In this document: piece by piece, positions 9,381 through 18,176 of the stretch
Layout: each line of letters starts with the position of its first letter
How positions within the stretch are numbered: the stretch's first letter is position 1
From: an uncultured Candidatus Saccharibacteria bacterium
Lineage (GTDB): Bacteria > Patescibacteriota > Minisyncoccia > Phycocordibacterales > UBA9973
Length of the DNA stretch: 64,000 bases
NCBI GenBank assembly: GCA_964591445.1
Contig: CAZQAW010000001.1
Span: 83,010 to 147,009 of the forward strand
Direction of reading: 5' to 3'
Notes under the pieces: generated by a model
Database searches by the model: none
What the model was told of the DNA's origin: nothing
The model's input: only the letters and a program-made list of their open reading frames with translations
Translations under genes and position numbers: made by a program

Positions 9381-9536
9381 GTAAAGCAAATAGTTTTGCT
9401 TTACGTCGATGGATGCACCACGAACGCAAGCAATGCGACGCTGTGAGGCCAAAGGCCGAACCGTCGCTTTTATTTACTTATCTACTTCTTTTCCCGACAT
9501 AGGCGACGGGTACAAGGCCTGTCACGTGCCGGAATG
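9381..9536. other. 156-nt structured spacer between the two CAU tRNAs. Contains a plus-strand hairpin (GTAAAGCAAA..TTTGCTTTAC) and a terminator-like stem GCGACG..(GGCC-AAA-GGCC)..CGTCGC followed by TTTTATTT.
   Basis: Inverted repeats read directly in sequence; function unknown (possible small RNA or processing signal). Confidence 0.3.
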
Positions 9537-9607
9537 TTGCGGGGTCCGGAATCGAACCGGAGTCCTAAGGTTATGAGCCTTATGAGATGCCACTTCTCCA
9601 CCCCGCG
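9537..9607 (-). tRNA. Initiator-like tRNA-fMet (anticodon CAU) with C1xA72 mismatch, 71 nt, no encoded CCA
   Basis: Acceptor CGCGGGG/CCCCGCA gives the unpaired C1:A72 typical of bacterial initiator tRNA. Anticodon loop CTCATAA. T-arm TCCGG-TTCGATT-CCGGA. Only two G-C pairs at the base of the anticodon stem. Confidence 0.65.
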
Positions 9608-9664
9608 ATCTTTCTATGAACCCTCACATTGTACTAGAAAATCTGAAAAAAGCAAGAAAAAAGC

Positions 9665-10235
9665 CTACGTAGTATCTACGCAGGCTTCTTCACAATGTTT
9701 TTTAATCATCTCTATAACATACTTGTCACCACTTCGATAGATTTCTTGTAAAGTCATAAATGCATCTTTACGTAAATCAAAATTATCTTCGTCTGACATC
9801 AACACTTCCAACGCCCCTTCGAACATTCGTTTGTTCCTTGAAAAAATTGTAGGCAGCTGAAGACGAGTTTTTCTGTAAAAGATTTTTCTGTTCATCGGGA
9901 ATAAGGTTTGGATTAACTAACGTGGTTTCAATTTTGTTTTTTAAATAATAAGGACAATCAGAGCTAATTCTTCGCAAGTCTTTTATAATCTTGAGATAAT
10001 CAGGATGGTTATTGGGAATTTCATCAAGCAACTTAAGCAAACGATTGGCTTTATCAGCCTGACTTTCAAGCATACGATAGTAACACTTTTTAATCAATCG
10101 AATTGAATGGTGATAGATTTGTGAAAATCTTATTTCCCAGGGCAATACATAATGGTAGTATTTATTCATTGTTCTGTTGTTTTTTGTTCTTTCCAATACT
10201 ATACCACAAAATAGTAAAAACACAACCTTTTCCAC
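9665..10235 (-). pseudogene. Two overlapping minus-strand ORFs (9783..10235 and 9665..9895, different frames). Possibly one frameshifted hypothetical gene in an AT-rich patch.
   Basis: Adjacent ORFs in different frames overlap by about 110 nt; no recognisable domains. Confidence 0.25.
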
Positions 10236-10273
10236 CTTTAAAAAACCTCCTCTCTATGGTACTATTTCCCCAT

Positions 10274-12019
10274 ATGGATAAAGAACAACTCGCGCATTAT
10301 CGCCACACTTTGGCGCACCTTTTGGGGGCTTCGGTCATGGAGCTTTTCCCTGGAAGTAAGCTCACTCTCGGCCCGGCGGTGGACGACGGTTTTTACTACG
10401 ATGTAGATTTAAACGGAAAAATTACCGAAGAAGATTTGCCAAAGATCGAAGCGAAGATGCGCGAACTTTTGCCGACTTGGATCAAGTTCGACAAGCAATC
10501 TGTTTCAAAAGATGAAGCCGAAAAACTTTTTACTGGCAATGAATTCAAAAAAGAACTGATTGACGGCATTTCTGAAAAAGGCGAAGAAATTACTTTATAC
10601 ACTTCTGGAAACTTTACAGATCTTTGTCGCGGCGGACACAGCGAACATCCTGCGCAAGAAATAAAACCCGACTCTTTCAAACTCGACAGAATCGCCGGAG
10701 CGTACTGGCGAGGCGATGAAAAAAATAAAATGCTTACGCGCATTTACGGACTTGCATTTGAATCAAAAGAGAAGCTTGAAGAATATATTGCACAACAAGA
10801 AGAAGCAAAAAAACGCGACCACCGAAAACTTGGGGCAGAAATGGATATTTTCGCTTTTGATGATGACGTCGGCCCAGGACTTCCGCTTTGGTTGCCAAAT
10901 GGCGCAGTGATTGCAGAAGAATTGGAACGTCTTGCAAAAGAAACAGAATTCTTGGACGGATACGTGCGCGTGCGCTCTCCGCATATTGCAAAAGAAAGTA
11001 TGTATTTGAAGTCTGGCCACTTGCCATACTACGAAGAATCCATGTACCCTCCGATGGAATACGAGGGCGGTAAATATTATTTGAAAGCGATGAACTGCCC
11101 GCATCATCACAAAGTGTTTGCAGCACGGCCGCATAGCTACCGCGACCTGCCGCTTCGTCTTGCAGAATACGGCACAGTGTATCGACATGAAAAGTCTGGA
11201 GAATTGTTCGGCTTGATGCGCGTGCGAAGCTTGGAAATGAACGATGCGCACATTTATTGCACAGAAGAACAATTCGCCAGTGAGTTCAAGCGCGTGAACG
11301 AAATGTATTTGAAGTATTTCAAAATTTTCGGCATAGAAAAATACGTCATGCGTTTTTCAACCCACGCACCAGACAAGCTTGGCAAAAAATATGTTGATCA
11401 AGCAGAGCTTTGGAAAAAGACAGAAGACATGGTGCGAAATGTTTTGATTGATTCAAAAATCCCTTACGTAGAGATCCCAGACGAAGCTGCGTTCTATGGA
11501 CCAAAGATCGACGTACAAGTATGGAGCGCGATCGGCCGAGAATTTACTCTTGCCACAAACCAAGTCGACTTTGCAGTCCCAGCACGATTTGATCTTACTT
11601 ACACAGGGAAAGATGGGAAAGCAGAAACTCCGCTTTGTATCCATCGCGCGCCGCTTGGAACACATGAAAGATTTATTGGATTCTTGATCGAACACTTTGC
11701 AGGCAAATTCCCAACATGGCTCTCGCCTCTTCAAGTTGCAATCGTGCCAGTAAAGGAAACTCATGAAGTTGGCGCGCAAGATATTGCAAATAAAATGAAA
11801 GAGTTTTTTATCCGCACAGATGTGATTACAAACGGAGACAGCCTCGGCAAGCGCATCCACGCTGCGAAGAAATTACATACTCCATACGTCATCGTACTTG
11901 GAGACAAAGAAATCGCATCAGGGAATCTTACAATCGAAAAACGCGATGGAACGAAAATGGAGATGACTGGAGATGAATTCCAGAAAATGATTGTGGAAGA
12001 AATAAAGAGACGAACCTAA
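10274..12019 (+). CDS. thrS: Threonine--tRNA ligase lacking the N-terminal TGS domain (starts at the N2 editing-like domain)
   Basis: MDKEQLAHYRHTLAHLLGASVMELFPGSKLTLGPAVDDGFYYD (N2 domain). Class II core RVRSLEMNDAHIY (motif 2 region), HRAPLGTHERFIGFLIEH (motif 3). C-terminal anticodon-binding domain. The track ORF extends to 10103 but the likely start is ATG at 10274. Confidence 0.9.
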   Translation: MDKEQLAHYRHTLAHLLGASVMELFPGSKLTLGPAVDDGFYYDVDLNGKITEEDLPKIEAKMRELLPTWIKFDKQSVSKDEAEKLFTGNEFKKELIDGISEKGEEITLYTSGNFTDLCRGGHSEHPAQEIKPDSFKLDRIAGAYWRGDEKNKMLTRIYGLAFESKEKLEEYIAQQEEAKKRDHRKLGAEMDIFAFDDDVGPGLPLWLPNGAVIAEELERLAKETEFLDGYVRVRSPHIAKESMYLKSGHLPYYEESMYPPMEYEGGKYYLKAMNCPHHHKVFAARPHSYRDLPLRLAEYGTVYRHEKSGELFGLMRVRSLEMNDAHIYCTEEQFASEFKRVNEMYLKYFKIFGIEKYVMRFSTHAPDKLGKKYVDQAELWKKTEDMVRNVLIDSKIPYVEIPDEAAFYGPKIDVQVWSAIGREFTLATNQVDFAVPARFDLTYTGKDGKAETPLCIHRAPLGTHERFIGFLIEHFAGKFPTWLSPLQVAIVPVKETHEVGAQDIANKMKEFFIRTDVITNGDSLGKRIHAAKKLHTPYVIVLGDKEIASGNLTIEKRDGTKMEMTGDEFQKMIVEEIKRRT

Positions 12020-12022
12020 ATA

Positions 12023-12054
12023 AAAATCCCTGAATACTATTCAGGGATTTTTTA
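12023..12054 (+). terminator. Rho-independent terminator after thrS
   Basis: aaaaatccctgaatactattcagggatttttt. Confidence 0.8.
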
Positions 12055-12069
12055 ATGAAAAAAATAAAA

Positions 12070-12636
12070 TTAATTCAACTGCGGATCTTCCGGGAAATTT
12101 GCCATCATGGCGTATTCGTCACCCATGCTTTTAAGCACAGCACTCCATAAACGCCTTGGTGTTTCATAGAAAGTGAAGCCTGGTGTGGATTTTGTAACAA
12201 TCCATGCCTGGTCTTCTAATTCATCATTTATTTGCATTGGATCCCAGCCACTATATCCTGCATAAAATCTTATTTGAGCAGGTTTAACCTGCTTGGTATC
12301 CACCATCAATTTAAGTTGATCGTAGTCTCCACCCCAATATACACCTTCACAAATTTTTCTTGCGCCTGTAAGCTTATTGCCTAAAGTATGCACATAAAAT
12401 AATGTTTCGGTATCAACAGGGCCGCCAAAATAAAGTAGTGCATCAAATTCAGGGAAATCTTCGACTGCATTATTGATTTTTAGATCTGTTGGCTTATTTA
12501 ATATAAAACCAATTGTGCCATTTTTGTCATGTTCGGTTAACAAGACCACGGAACGCTTAAAACATGTATCTACAAGGAATGGTTCTGCTAATAGAAGCGA
12601 ACCGGTAGTAGGGAGTGAGGTGGGGAGCTGCTTCAT
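12070..12636 (-). CDS. YqgE/AlgH-family (UPF0301/DUF179) protein
   Basis: GSLLLAEPFLVDTCFKRSVVLLTEHDKNGTIGFILNKP matches the family N-terminal signature. Confidence 0.7.
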   Translation of the reverse strand: MKQLPTSLPTTGSLLLAEPFLVDTCFKRSVVLLTEHDKNGTIGFILNKPTDLKINNAVEDFPEFDALLYFGGPVDTETLFYVHTLGNKLTGARKICEGVYWGGDYDQLKLMVDTKQVKPAQIRFYAGYSGWDPMQINDELEDQAWIVTKSTPGFTFYETPRRLWSAVLKSMGDEYAMMANFPEDPQLN

Positions 12637-12757
12637 AACTAGGGGATTTAATTGTTCGACTTTTTAGAAAAATTTCATAAAGTATGCTCCCCGATAAAGA
12701 AAAAGTCAATACTTTCTCAAGTACTGACTTTTTGCAATAATCCTTTATTTTTTAAGC

Positions 12758-14827
12758 CTAGATATCAAGCTCTGCCATTTTTGCGTTTGATTGAATGAAA
12801 GATTTGCGCGGAGCAACTTCACTACCCATGAGCGTGTCGAAGACTTGGTCTGCAGATACAGCATCATCGATAGACACTTGTTTGAGTGTACGAGTTTCGT
12901 GCTTCATCGTTGTTTCCCACAATTCTTCTGGGTTCATTTCTCCCAAACCTTTGTATCGCTGGATAGAAACTTTTGGAGTTTTCTTCTTTGTTTCTTCTTC
13001 GTCAGCGTTTTCTTCGGCTCCCGCTTCTTCAGCAGATTCTATTTCTTCGATATCGTCCATATCTTTGCCAACGATTTTTATCTTTTCTTCGTCAGTAAAA
13101 GCGTACGTAATTTCTTTTCCTTTTTTAATCTTGTAAAGTGGTGGCTGCGCGATATAGAGATAGCCAGCTTCGATAACTTGCTTGAAGTATCTATAAAACA
13201 ACGTAAGCAAAAGTGTGCGAATGTGCGCTCCGTCAACATCGGCATCGGTCGCAATGATGATCTTATGGTAGCGCATTTTTTCGATATCAAACGTATCTCC
13301 GATCGAAGTCCCAAGCGCAATAACCAAAGACTTTACTTCTTTGGAAGCGAGCATTTTGTCGAGACGTGCACGTTCAACGTTCAAGATTTTTCCCTTAAGC
13401 GGAAGCACGGCTTGAGTTCGGCGGTCGCGACCTTGCTTTGCAGAACCACCCGCAGAATCTCCCTCCACAATGAAGAGTTCTGATTCTGAAGCGTCTTTTG
13501 TTTGACAATCGGCAAGCTTTCCAGGAAGTGTCATGCCTTCGAGCGCGCCTTTTCGCAAGATAGAATCCTTCGCAGCTTTTGCGGCTTTGCGAGCGCGGAG
13601 CGCGAGCACGGACTTGTTGATGATGACTTTTGCAGTATCCGGATTTTCTTCCAAGAAATTATTGAATGCTTCTCCGAATGCTGTTGCAGTTGCACCTTGC
13701 GCTTCTGTCGAACCAAGTTTTGCTTTTGTCTGTCCTTCAAACTGGATTTCGCGAAGCTTTACAGAGATGACCGCAGTCAAACCTTCGAGCACATCTTCGC
13801 CGGTAAAAGCGCCGTCAGACTCTTTAACCATGTTGTTCTTCTTGCTGTATGTGTTGATGAGACGCGTAAGCGCAGTTTTGAAACCTGTCACATGCGTACC
13901 GCCTTCGGGAGTATAAATGTTGTTTGCAAAAGGAGTGATGCGGTCTGCAATGTCGTCTACATATTGCAAAGCGATTTCAACCCCAACTCCGTCTACTTCT
14001 TTTTCAACGTAGAAAATGTTGTCGTGAAGCGGCTTTTGCACGCGATTGTAAAACTTAACAAGAGACATAAGTCCTCCTTCGAAATAAAACGTTGTTGAAG
14101 GCGCTTCGATGCCGAGTTCACTAAAATAGAAAAACCCGTCTTGCGGAAGCTTGCCAGTGAAAAGCATGTCAGTATCCAAAGTACGCGCGTCGATGATGTG
14201 AATGCGCAACCCTTTTACCAAATACGCCTGCTGTCGCAAACGGTTCACGATAGTATTCCAATCAAAATCAATGCCTTCTTTGAAAATTTCTGGATCTGGT
14301 TCAAAGGTAATGATCGTTCCATTCATCTTTGTTTTGCCGATATTTTTTACCTTCGCTTTTGTTTTGCCTTGCGCGTATTCTTGCATGAAAATACCACCGT
14401 CTTTGTGTACTTCTGCTCGAGTGTACGTCGAAAGCGCGTTTACCACAGACGCTCCCACACCGTGAAGACCTCCTGACACTTTGTATCCTTCGCCGCCAAA
14501 CTTTCCTCCGGCGTGAAGCGTCGTCATTATCGTTTCAAGCGCAGATACTTTTGTTTTTGGGTGAATGTCTACCGGAATACCTCGGCCGTTGTCGGTAACA
14601 CGAACACGATTGCCAGGCAGAAGTACGACTTCGATATGATCTGCAAAACCTCCCATCGCTTCGTCGCGAGAGTTGTCGAAAATTTCCCACACCAAGTGGT
14701 GCAAACCATCGATACCAGTGGTACCAATGTACATTCCCGGGCGTCGGCGTACAGGCTCAAGCCCTTCCAATACGGAGATCGATTCGGCCCCGTATTTGCT
14801 TTGTTTCTTTTTATCTTCGAGTGACAT
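12758..14827 (-). CDS. gyrB: DNA gyrase subunit B (type IIA topoisomerase B subunit)
   Basis: YGAESISVLEGLEPVRRRPGMYIGTTG, GHKL ATPase motifs, Toprim EGDSAGGSAKQGRDR, C-terminal GyrB tail. No gyrA adjacent. Confidence 0.9.
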   Translation of the reverse strand: MSLEDKKKQSKYGAESISVLEGLEPVRRRPGMYIGTTGIDGLHHLVWEIFDNSRDEAMGGFADHIEVVLLPGNRVRVTDNGRGIPVDIHPKTKVSALETIMTTLHAGGKFGGEGYKVSGGLHGVGASVVNALSTYTRAEVHKDGGIFMQEYAQGKTKAKVKNIGKTKMNGTIITFEPDPEIFKEGIDFDWNTIVNRLRQQAYLVKGLRIHIIDARTLDTDMLFTGKLPQDGFFYFSELGIEAPSTTFYFEGGLMSLVKFYNRVQKPLHDNIFYVEKEVDGVGVEIALQYVDDIADRITPFANNIYTPEGGTHVTGFKTALTRLINTYSKKNNMVKESDGAFTGEDVLEGLTAVISVKLREIQFEGQTKAKLGSTEAQGATATAFGEAFNNFLEENPDTAKVIINKSVLALRARKAAKAAKDSILRKGALEGMTLPGKLADCQTKDASESELFIVEGDSAGGSAKQGRDRRTQAVLPLKGKILNVERARLDKMLASKEVKSLVIALGTSIGDTFDIEKMRYHKIIIATDADVDGAHIRTLLLTLFYRYFKQVIEAGYLYIAQPPLYKIKKGKEITYAFTDEEKIKIVGKDMDDIEEIESAEEAGAEENADEEETKKKTPKVSIQRYKGLGEMNPEELWETTMKHETRTLKQVSIDDAVSADQVFDTLMGSEVAPRKSFIQSNAKMAELDI

Positions 14828-15016
14828 CCGGTGTTTTGTGGTTATTTTTTATAGCCTTATTATAGCATATTTGAAGCCCTTAAAGCGAGTGATTTATTAA
14901 CAGATTTCCTTGTATTTAGCCTTATTTTGTAAGGTTTTCTTGCTATTGACTTTTAACTATATATATGCTATTATGTATAGGAAATAAGTTAATTCTAACA
15001 ATTTAAAAATATACAT

Positions 15017-15304
15017 ATGAGCTATTTGAAAGTTAACAACCAACAGGAGTCAATTAGAACAACAGGGAGCTATTTGAGTTTCCTTAATTCTATTTCCTCA
15101 AACTCAACAAGTCCGGACTTTTTTAAAGTTACAACAGATGGCAGCAATAAGGCAAATGTTGATGAGTACTTATTAAGTATTCAAGAAATTAAGAAAGAAG
15201 ATGGTTCCGGTAAATCTTTTATGTTCAAAGCAACGGGTTATGCAGTTAAGAACGATAATCGCATACCAATAGCAGGAAACATTGAGGGTTACATACGATT
15301 TTAA
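15017..15304 (+). CDS. Hypothetical small protein (AT-rich)
   Basis: ORF with TTGACT-17-TATTAT promoter about 40 nt upstream and a terminator downstream. Confidence 0.35.
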   Translation: MSYLKVNNQQESIRTTGSYLSFLNSISSNSTSPDFFKVTTDGSNKANVDEYLLSIQEIKKEDGSGKSFMFKATGYAVKNDNRIPIAGNIEGYIRF

Positions 15305-15321
15305 TTATTAAGTTCAACACT

Positions 15322-15352
15322 AAAAACAGCAGGAAATTTCTTGCTGTTTTTT
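15322..15352. terminator. Bidirectional rho-independent terminator (between the small ORF and pheS)
   Basis: aaaaacagcaggaaatttcttgctgtttttt. Confidence 0.8.
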
Positions 15353-15354
15353 AT

Positions 15355-16494
15355 TTATCGAATAGTCGCATTAAAAACTTTTACTGTTTCCTCTTCAAGT
15401 TTTTTGTGCAGGTTGTTTACTTCTTCGTCTGTGAGTGTGCGGTCGAGAGATCGGTAGGTAATGCGGTACGCGTAGCTTTTCTTCCCTTCTCCAAATTTGG
15501 CGGCATTTTCATATTCGTCTACAAGCGCCATTTCTTCGGCCATGTCGCCTATCACGTCTCGAACCAAATCGAAATAATTGTTCGGCATGAAGTTTGCCGT
15601 ATCTACAACAAATGAAATGTCGCGAGTAACGGCTGGATATTTGCTGACTTCTTTAAATTTCTGTCCGAGTACAAGTTGCTTTGTAACGCGCTCGTCGTTA
15701 GACCAGAGCAAGCGAATGTCTGGAAGTTCCATAGAGATGATTGCGAGGCGTTCCAAGCCGAGCCCGAAAGCCCAACCAGTCCATTCGTCTGGGTTTACGC
15801 CAAGTTTTTTAAGCACACTTCCCTTCACAACTCCGGCGCCATTTACTTCAATCCACTTTCCGTCAACTTCAACTTCCATTTCCAAAGATGGATCGGTGTA
15901 CGGGAATGTGTCTGGGTTGAATCGGTATTTTACATCTTCTCCAAAAATTGCTTTTGCTGTATCCGCAAGCACACGTTCGAGTGTGTCGCGAGTAATGTTT
16001 TCTTTGTCTTTGCGCGCCAAATACCAGCCGTCGAGCTGATGAAAGACGTTCATATGACGGCGATCAATTTCGTCTTTTCTATATACTTTTCCGGTTGCAA
16101 ATGCGCCAACGCTTTCGCCCGACGCCATGCGTTTTTTAATTTCTTCGTTATGCAAATAGTAGTACCACATCACCGTCATCTGAGTGCGGAGAATGTGTTG
16201 TTCGTCTACATAGTACGTGTCAGATTTTGAGCGAGAAGGATGGTCGAGCGGAAAGTCGAAAAGATCGAAACCGATTTCAGTTGAAACAATTTCCGGAACT
16301 TCGATCATGTCAAAGTTTGCAAATTCTGCTCGAGAAGTTACTCGCTTTACCATTTCGTGGATCGGGCTGCCGGGAGTTCGAGCAAGGTCTGGCATGGCCA
16401 AATAGCGCTTCATGCGAGTAGCCTCGGCGTCAGAGCGCTCCAAAAGCATACCCATCAAAGCCTCCTTTTCTTCATTTGATATCTTGATTTCCAT
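15355..16494 (-). CDS. pheS: Phenylalanine--tRNA ligase alpha-type catalytic subunit with a C-terminal FDX-ACB (ferredoxin-fold anticodon-binding) domain, i.e. mitochondrial-like single-chain PheRS architecture
   Basis: Catalytic core motifs FPYTDPSLEMEV and GWAFGLGLERLAI. C-terminal about 100 aa SKYPAVTRDISFVVD...KKSYAYRITYRSLDRTLTDEEVN matches the FDX-ACB domain normally found at the PheT C-terminus. Confidence 0.85.
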   Translation of the reverse strand: MEIKISNEEKEALMGMLLERSDAEATRMKRYLAMPDLARTPGSPIHEMVKRVTSRAEFANFDMIEVPEIVSTEIGFDLFDFPLDHPSRSKSDTYYVDEQHILRTQMTVMWYYYLHNEEIKKRMASGESVGAFATGKVYRKDEIDRRHMNVFHQLDGWYLARKDKENITRDTLERVLADTAKAIFGEDVKYRFNPDTFPYTDPSLEMEVEVDGKWIEVNGAGVVKGSVLKKLGVNPDEWTGWAFGLGLERLAIISMELPDIRLLWSNDERVTKQLVLGQKFKEVSKYPAVTRDISFVVDTANFMPNNYFDLVRDVIGDMAEEMALVDEYENAAKFGEGKKSYAYRITYRSLDRTLTDEEVNNLHKKLEEETVKVFNATIR

Positions 16495-16524
16495 AGGGGG
16501 ATTATAGCGTAAAACGTGAGTTTT

Positions 16525-16929
16525 TCATACCTCACCCCGGACCTTCGGCCGACCCTCTCCTACCTCAGGAGAGGGGGAATTCAACTCTCTCATTATTTCC
16601 TGAACTACTACTTCTAAATTATTATTTATATCCTTATTCCAAAACCGCAGAACTTTTATACCAAACTCATTTAGAAATTGAGTACGTAATGTATCATACT
16701 CCTGATTTTCTAAATGCTGAGATCCATCAATTTCTATACATACCATTTTTCTTGGACAATAGAAATCAAGCACATAACCACCGACCGAATACTGTCTTCG
16801 AAATTTATACCCTAACTTATTATCTCGAATTTTTGCCCATAAAATAATCTCTTGCGGTGTTTGATTCTTTCGCAATTCTTTTCGCGCTATAATATTTGAT
16901 TTATCATTTCGTAAAAACATAGTGAGCAT
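16525..16929 (-). CDS. DUF559 (Vsr-like endonuclease fold) protein; ends of the ORF run into the flanking inverted repeats
   Basis: QTPQEIILWAKIRDNKLGYKFRRQYSVGGYVLDFYCPRKMVCIEIDGSQH typical DUF559. Confidence 0.7.
   Translation of the reverse strand: MLTMFLRNDKSNIIARKELRKNQTPQEIILWAKIRDNKLGYKFRRQYSVGGYVLDFYCPRKMVCIEIDGSQHLENQEYDTLRTQFLNEFGIKVLRFWNKDINNNLEVVVQEIMRELNSPSPEVGEGRPKVRGEV
16529..16577 (-). repeat. Two-hairpin palindromic repeat element, copy B (inverted relative to copy C); left terminal inverted repeat of the DUF559 unit
   Basis: Its reverse complement CCCCCTCTCCTGAGGTAGGAGAGGGT...GGGGTGAGGT is near-identical to copy C and related to copy A. Confidence 0.6.
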
Positions 16930-16976
16930 CCCCTTCTCCTGAGGTAGGAGAAGGTGGCCTTTAGGCCGGATGAGGT
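16930..16976 (+). repeat. Two-hairpin palindromic repeat element, copy C; right terminal inverted repeat of the DUF559 unit
   Basis: CCCCTTCTCCTGAGGTAGGAGAAGGTGGCCTTTAGGCCGGATGAGGT. Confidence 0.6.
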
Positions 16977-16979
16977 ATG

Positions 16980-18164
16980 TTAACTCAGCGGTTTCGAGCC
17001 CGTTTTCGCTTTCATACCCGAAAGCGGGATGGTGACGGTAAATGTCGTGCCTTGGTTTTCGCGAGACTCGAAGCTTATCATGCCACCAGATTGTTCAACA
17101 ATATTTTTAATGACGTAGAGGCCGAGGCCATTACCGTCGGTTACTTTGTCTGTGACGTTACTTGCACGATACAGCTTTGTAAACATTTTGCCTTGGTCAG
17201 CTTCCGGAATGCCGTAACCATTATCTTTGACTTTGATAACAAGGTCATTTGATTTTGTTTCAAGCACTACTTCGATAGTCCCTGACTCGGGAGTATATTT
17301 AATGGCGTTCGTTAACAAGTTTTGTATCACCATGCGTGAAAGCGTTGGGTCGGCGGAAACAATAGGAAGATCGGAAGCAATCGTTTTTATAAAATGCTGT
17401 TTCTTGGCATCGATACTTTGCTTGAGTTCGATTTCCAAACTCTCGACCATTTCTTTGAAGCTGGTCGGCGCAGGGTTTACTTGGAAAGTTCCAAGATCAA
17501 CACGAGAAACATTCAACAAATTATTTACAAGCGCAACCATGCGTTTATTGCTTTCATATACGTGAGTAATATATTCTTTCTGGTCTTCATTGAGCACACC
17601 TGCGTCTCCAGAAAGAAGCATTTCCGCGTACCAGCTGATGGTCGAAAGTGGGGTGCGAAGTTGATGGGCGGCAAGCGAAACGAATTCCGTTTTAGATTTG
17701 TCGACGGCTTTTTCGGCGGCAATGTTACGAAACATAACAATACCAGCAATACCAAGCGTCGCGTCGCGCCCAAGAAATGAAGTAACCGAAAGAACGATTG
17801 GGGCTTCTTCCTTTCCTGTATCTTTGATAGAAATATTGTTGTACGGATACATACGCACAATAGTTTGTTCCGATAGAGCTTGAAAAACAGGAGACTCTTC
17901 TTTTGGAAGTTCTTTGCCGTCTTTATAGAGCGGCATGATTTGGAAAATAGGCTTGCCCAACGCGTCGCCTTCGGCGACGCGCAGCATGATCGAAGCCGCC
18001 TGGTTCATAAGCACAATCTGATAGTTCGCATCAATACCAACTAAGCCTTCCGTCATCGAAGAGAAGATGACATTTGTCTTTCTTTGTTCGCGAGCAAGCG
18101 ACTCTTCAAGGGCATGAACACGGCCCGCAAGATCTTCAATTTTCCTGCCGTGATCGTTGTCCAT
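16980..18164 (-). CDS. Cytoplasmic sensor histidine kinase (PAS + HisKA + HATPase_c, no TM segments)
   Basis: H-box LAAHQLRTPLSTISWYAEML. N, G1/G2 boxes NLLTNAIKYT, DNGYGIP, GNGLGL. PAS-like N-terminus. Confidence 0.85.
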   Translation of the reverse strand: MDNDHGRKIEDLAGRVHALEESLAREQRKTNVIFSSMTEGLVGIDANYQIVLMNQAASIMLRVAEGDALGKPIFQIMPLYKDGKELPKEESPVFQALSEQTIVRMYPYNNISIKDTGKEEAPIVLSVTSFLGRDATLGIAGIVMFRNIAAEKAVDKSKTEFVSLAAHQLRTPLSTISWYAEMLLSGDAGVLNEDQKEYITHVYESNKRMVALVNNLLNVSRVDLGTFQVNPAPTSFKEMVESLEIELKQSIDAKKQHFIKTIASDLPIVSADPTLSRMVIQNLLTNAIKYTPESGTIEVVLETKSNDLVIKVKDNGYGIPEADQGKMFTKLYRASNVTDKVTDGNGLGLYVIKNIVEQSGGMISFESRENQGTTFTVTIPLSGMKAKTGSKPLS

Positions 18165-18176
18165 GTTAAAGCTCTG

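Noticed and set aside
9534-9740. 68-aa plus-strand ORF
   Set aside because: Overlaps the initiator-like tRNA on the opposite strand; no independent support.
10103-10273. Upstream extension of the thrS ORF (track start 10103)
   Set aside because: Low-complexity, non-ThrRS-like residues overlapping a divergent minus ORF; the conserved ThrRS sequence begins at the ATG at 10274.
16525-16980. Insertion sequence call for the DUF559 unit
   Set aside because: No transposase; only a Vsr-like DUF559 ORF between inverted repeats, so it is reported as a repeat-flanked mini-element rather than an IS.
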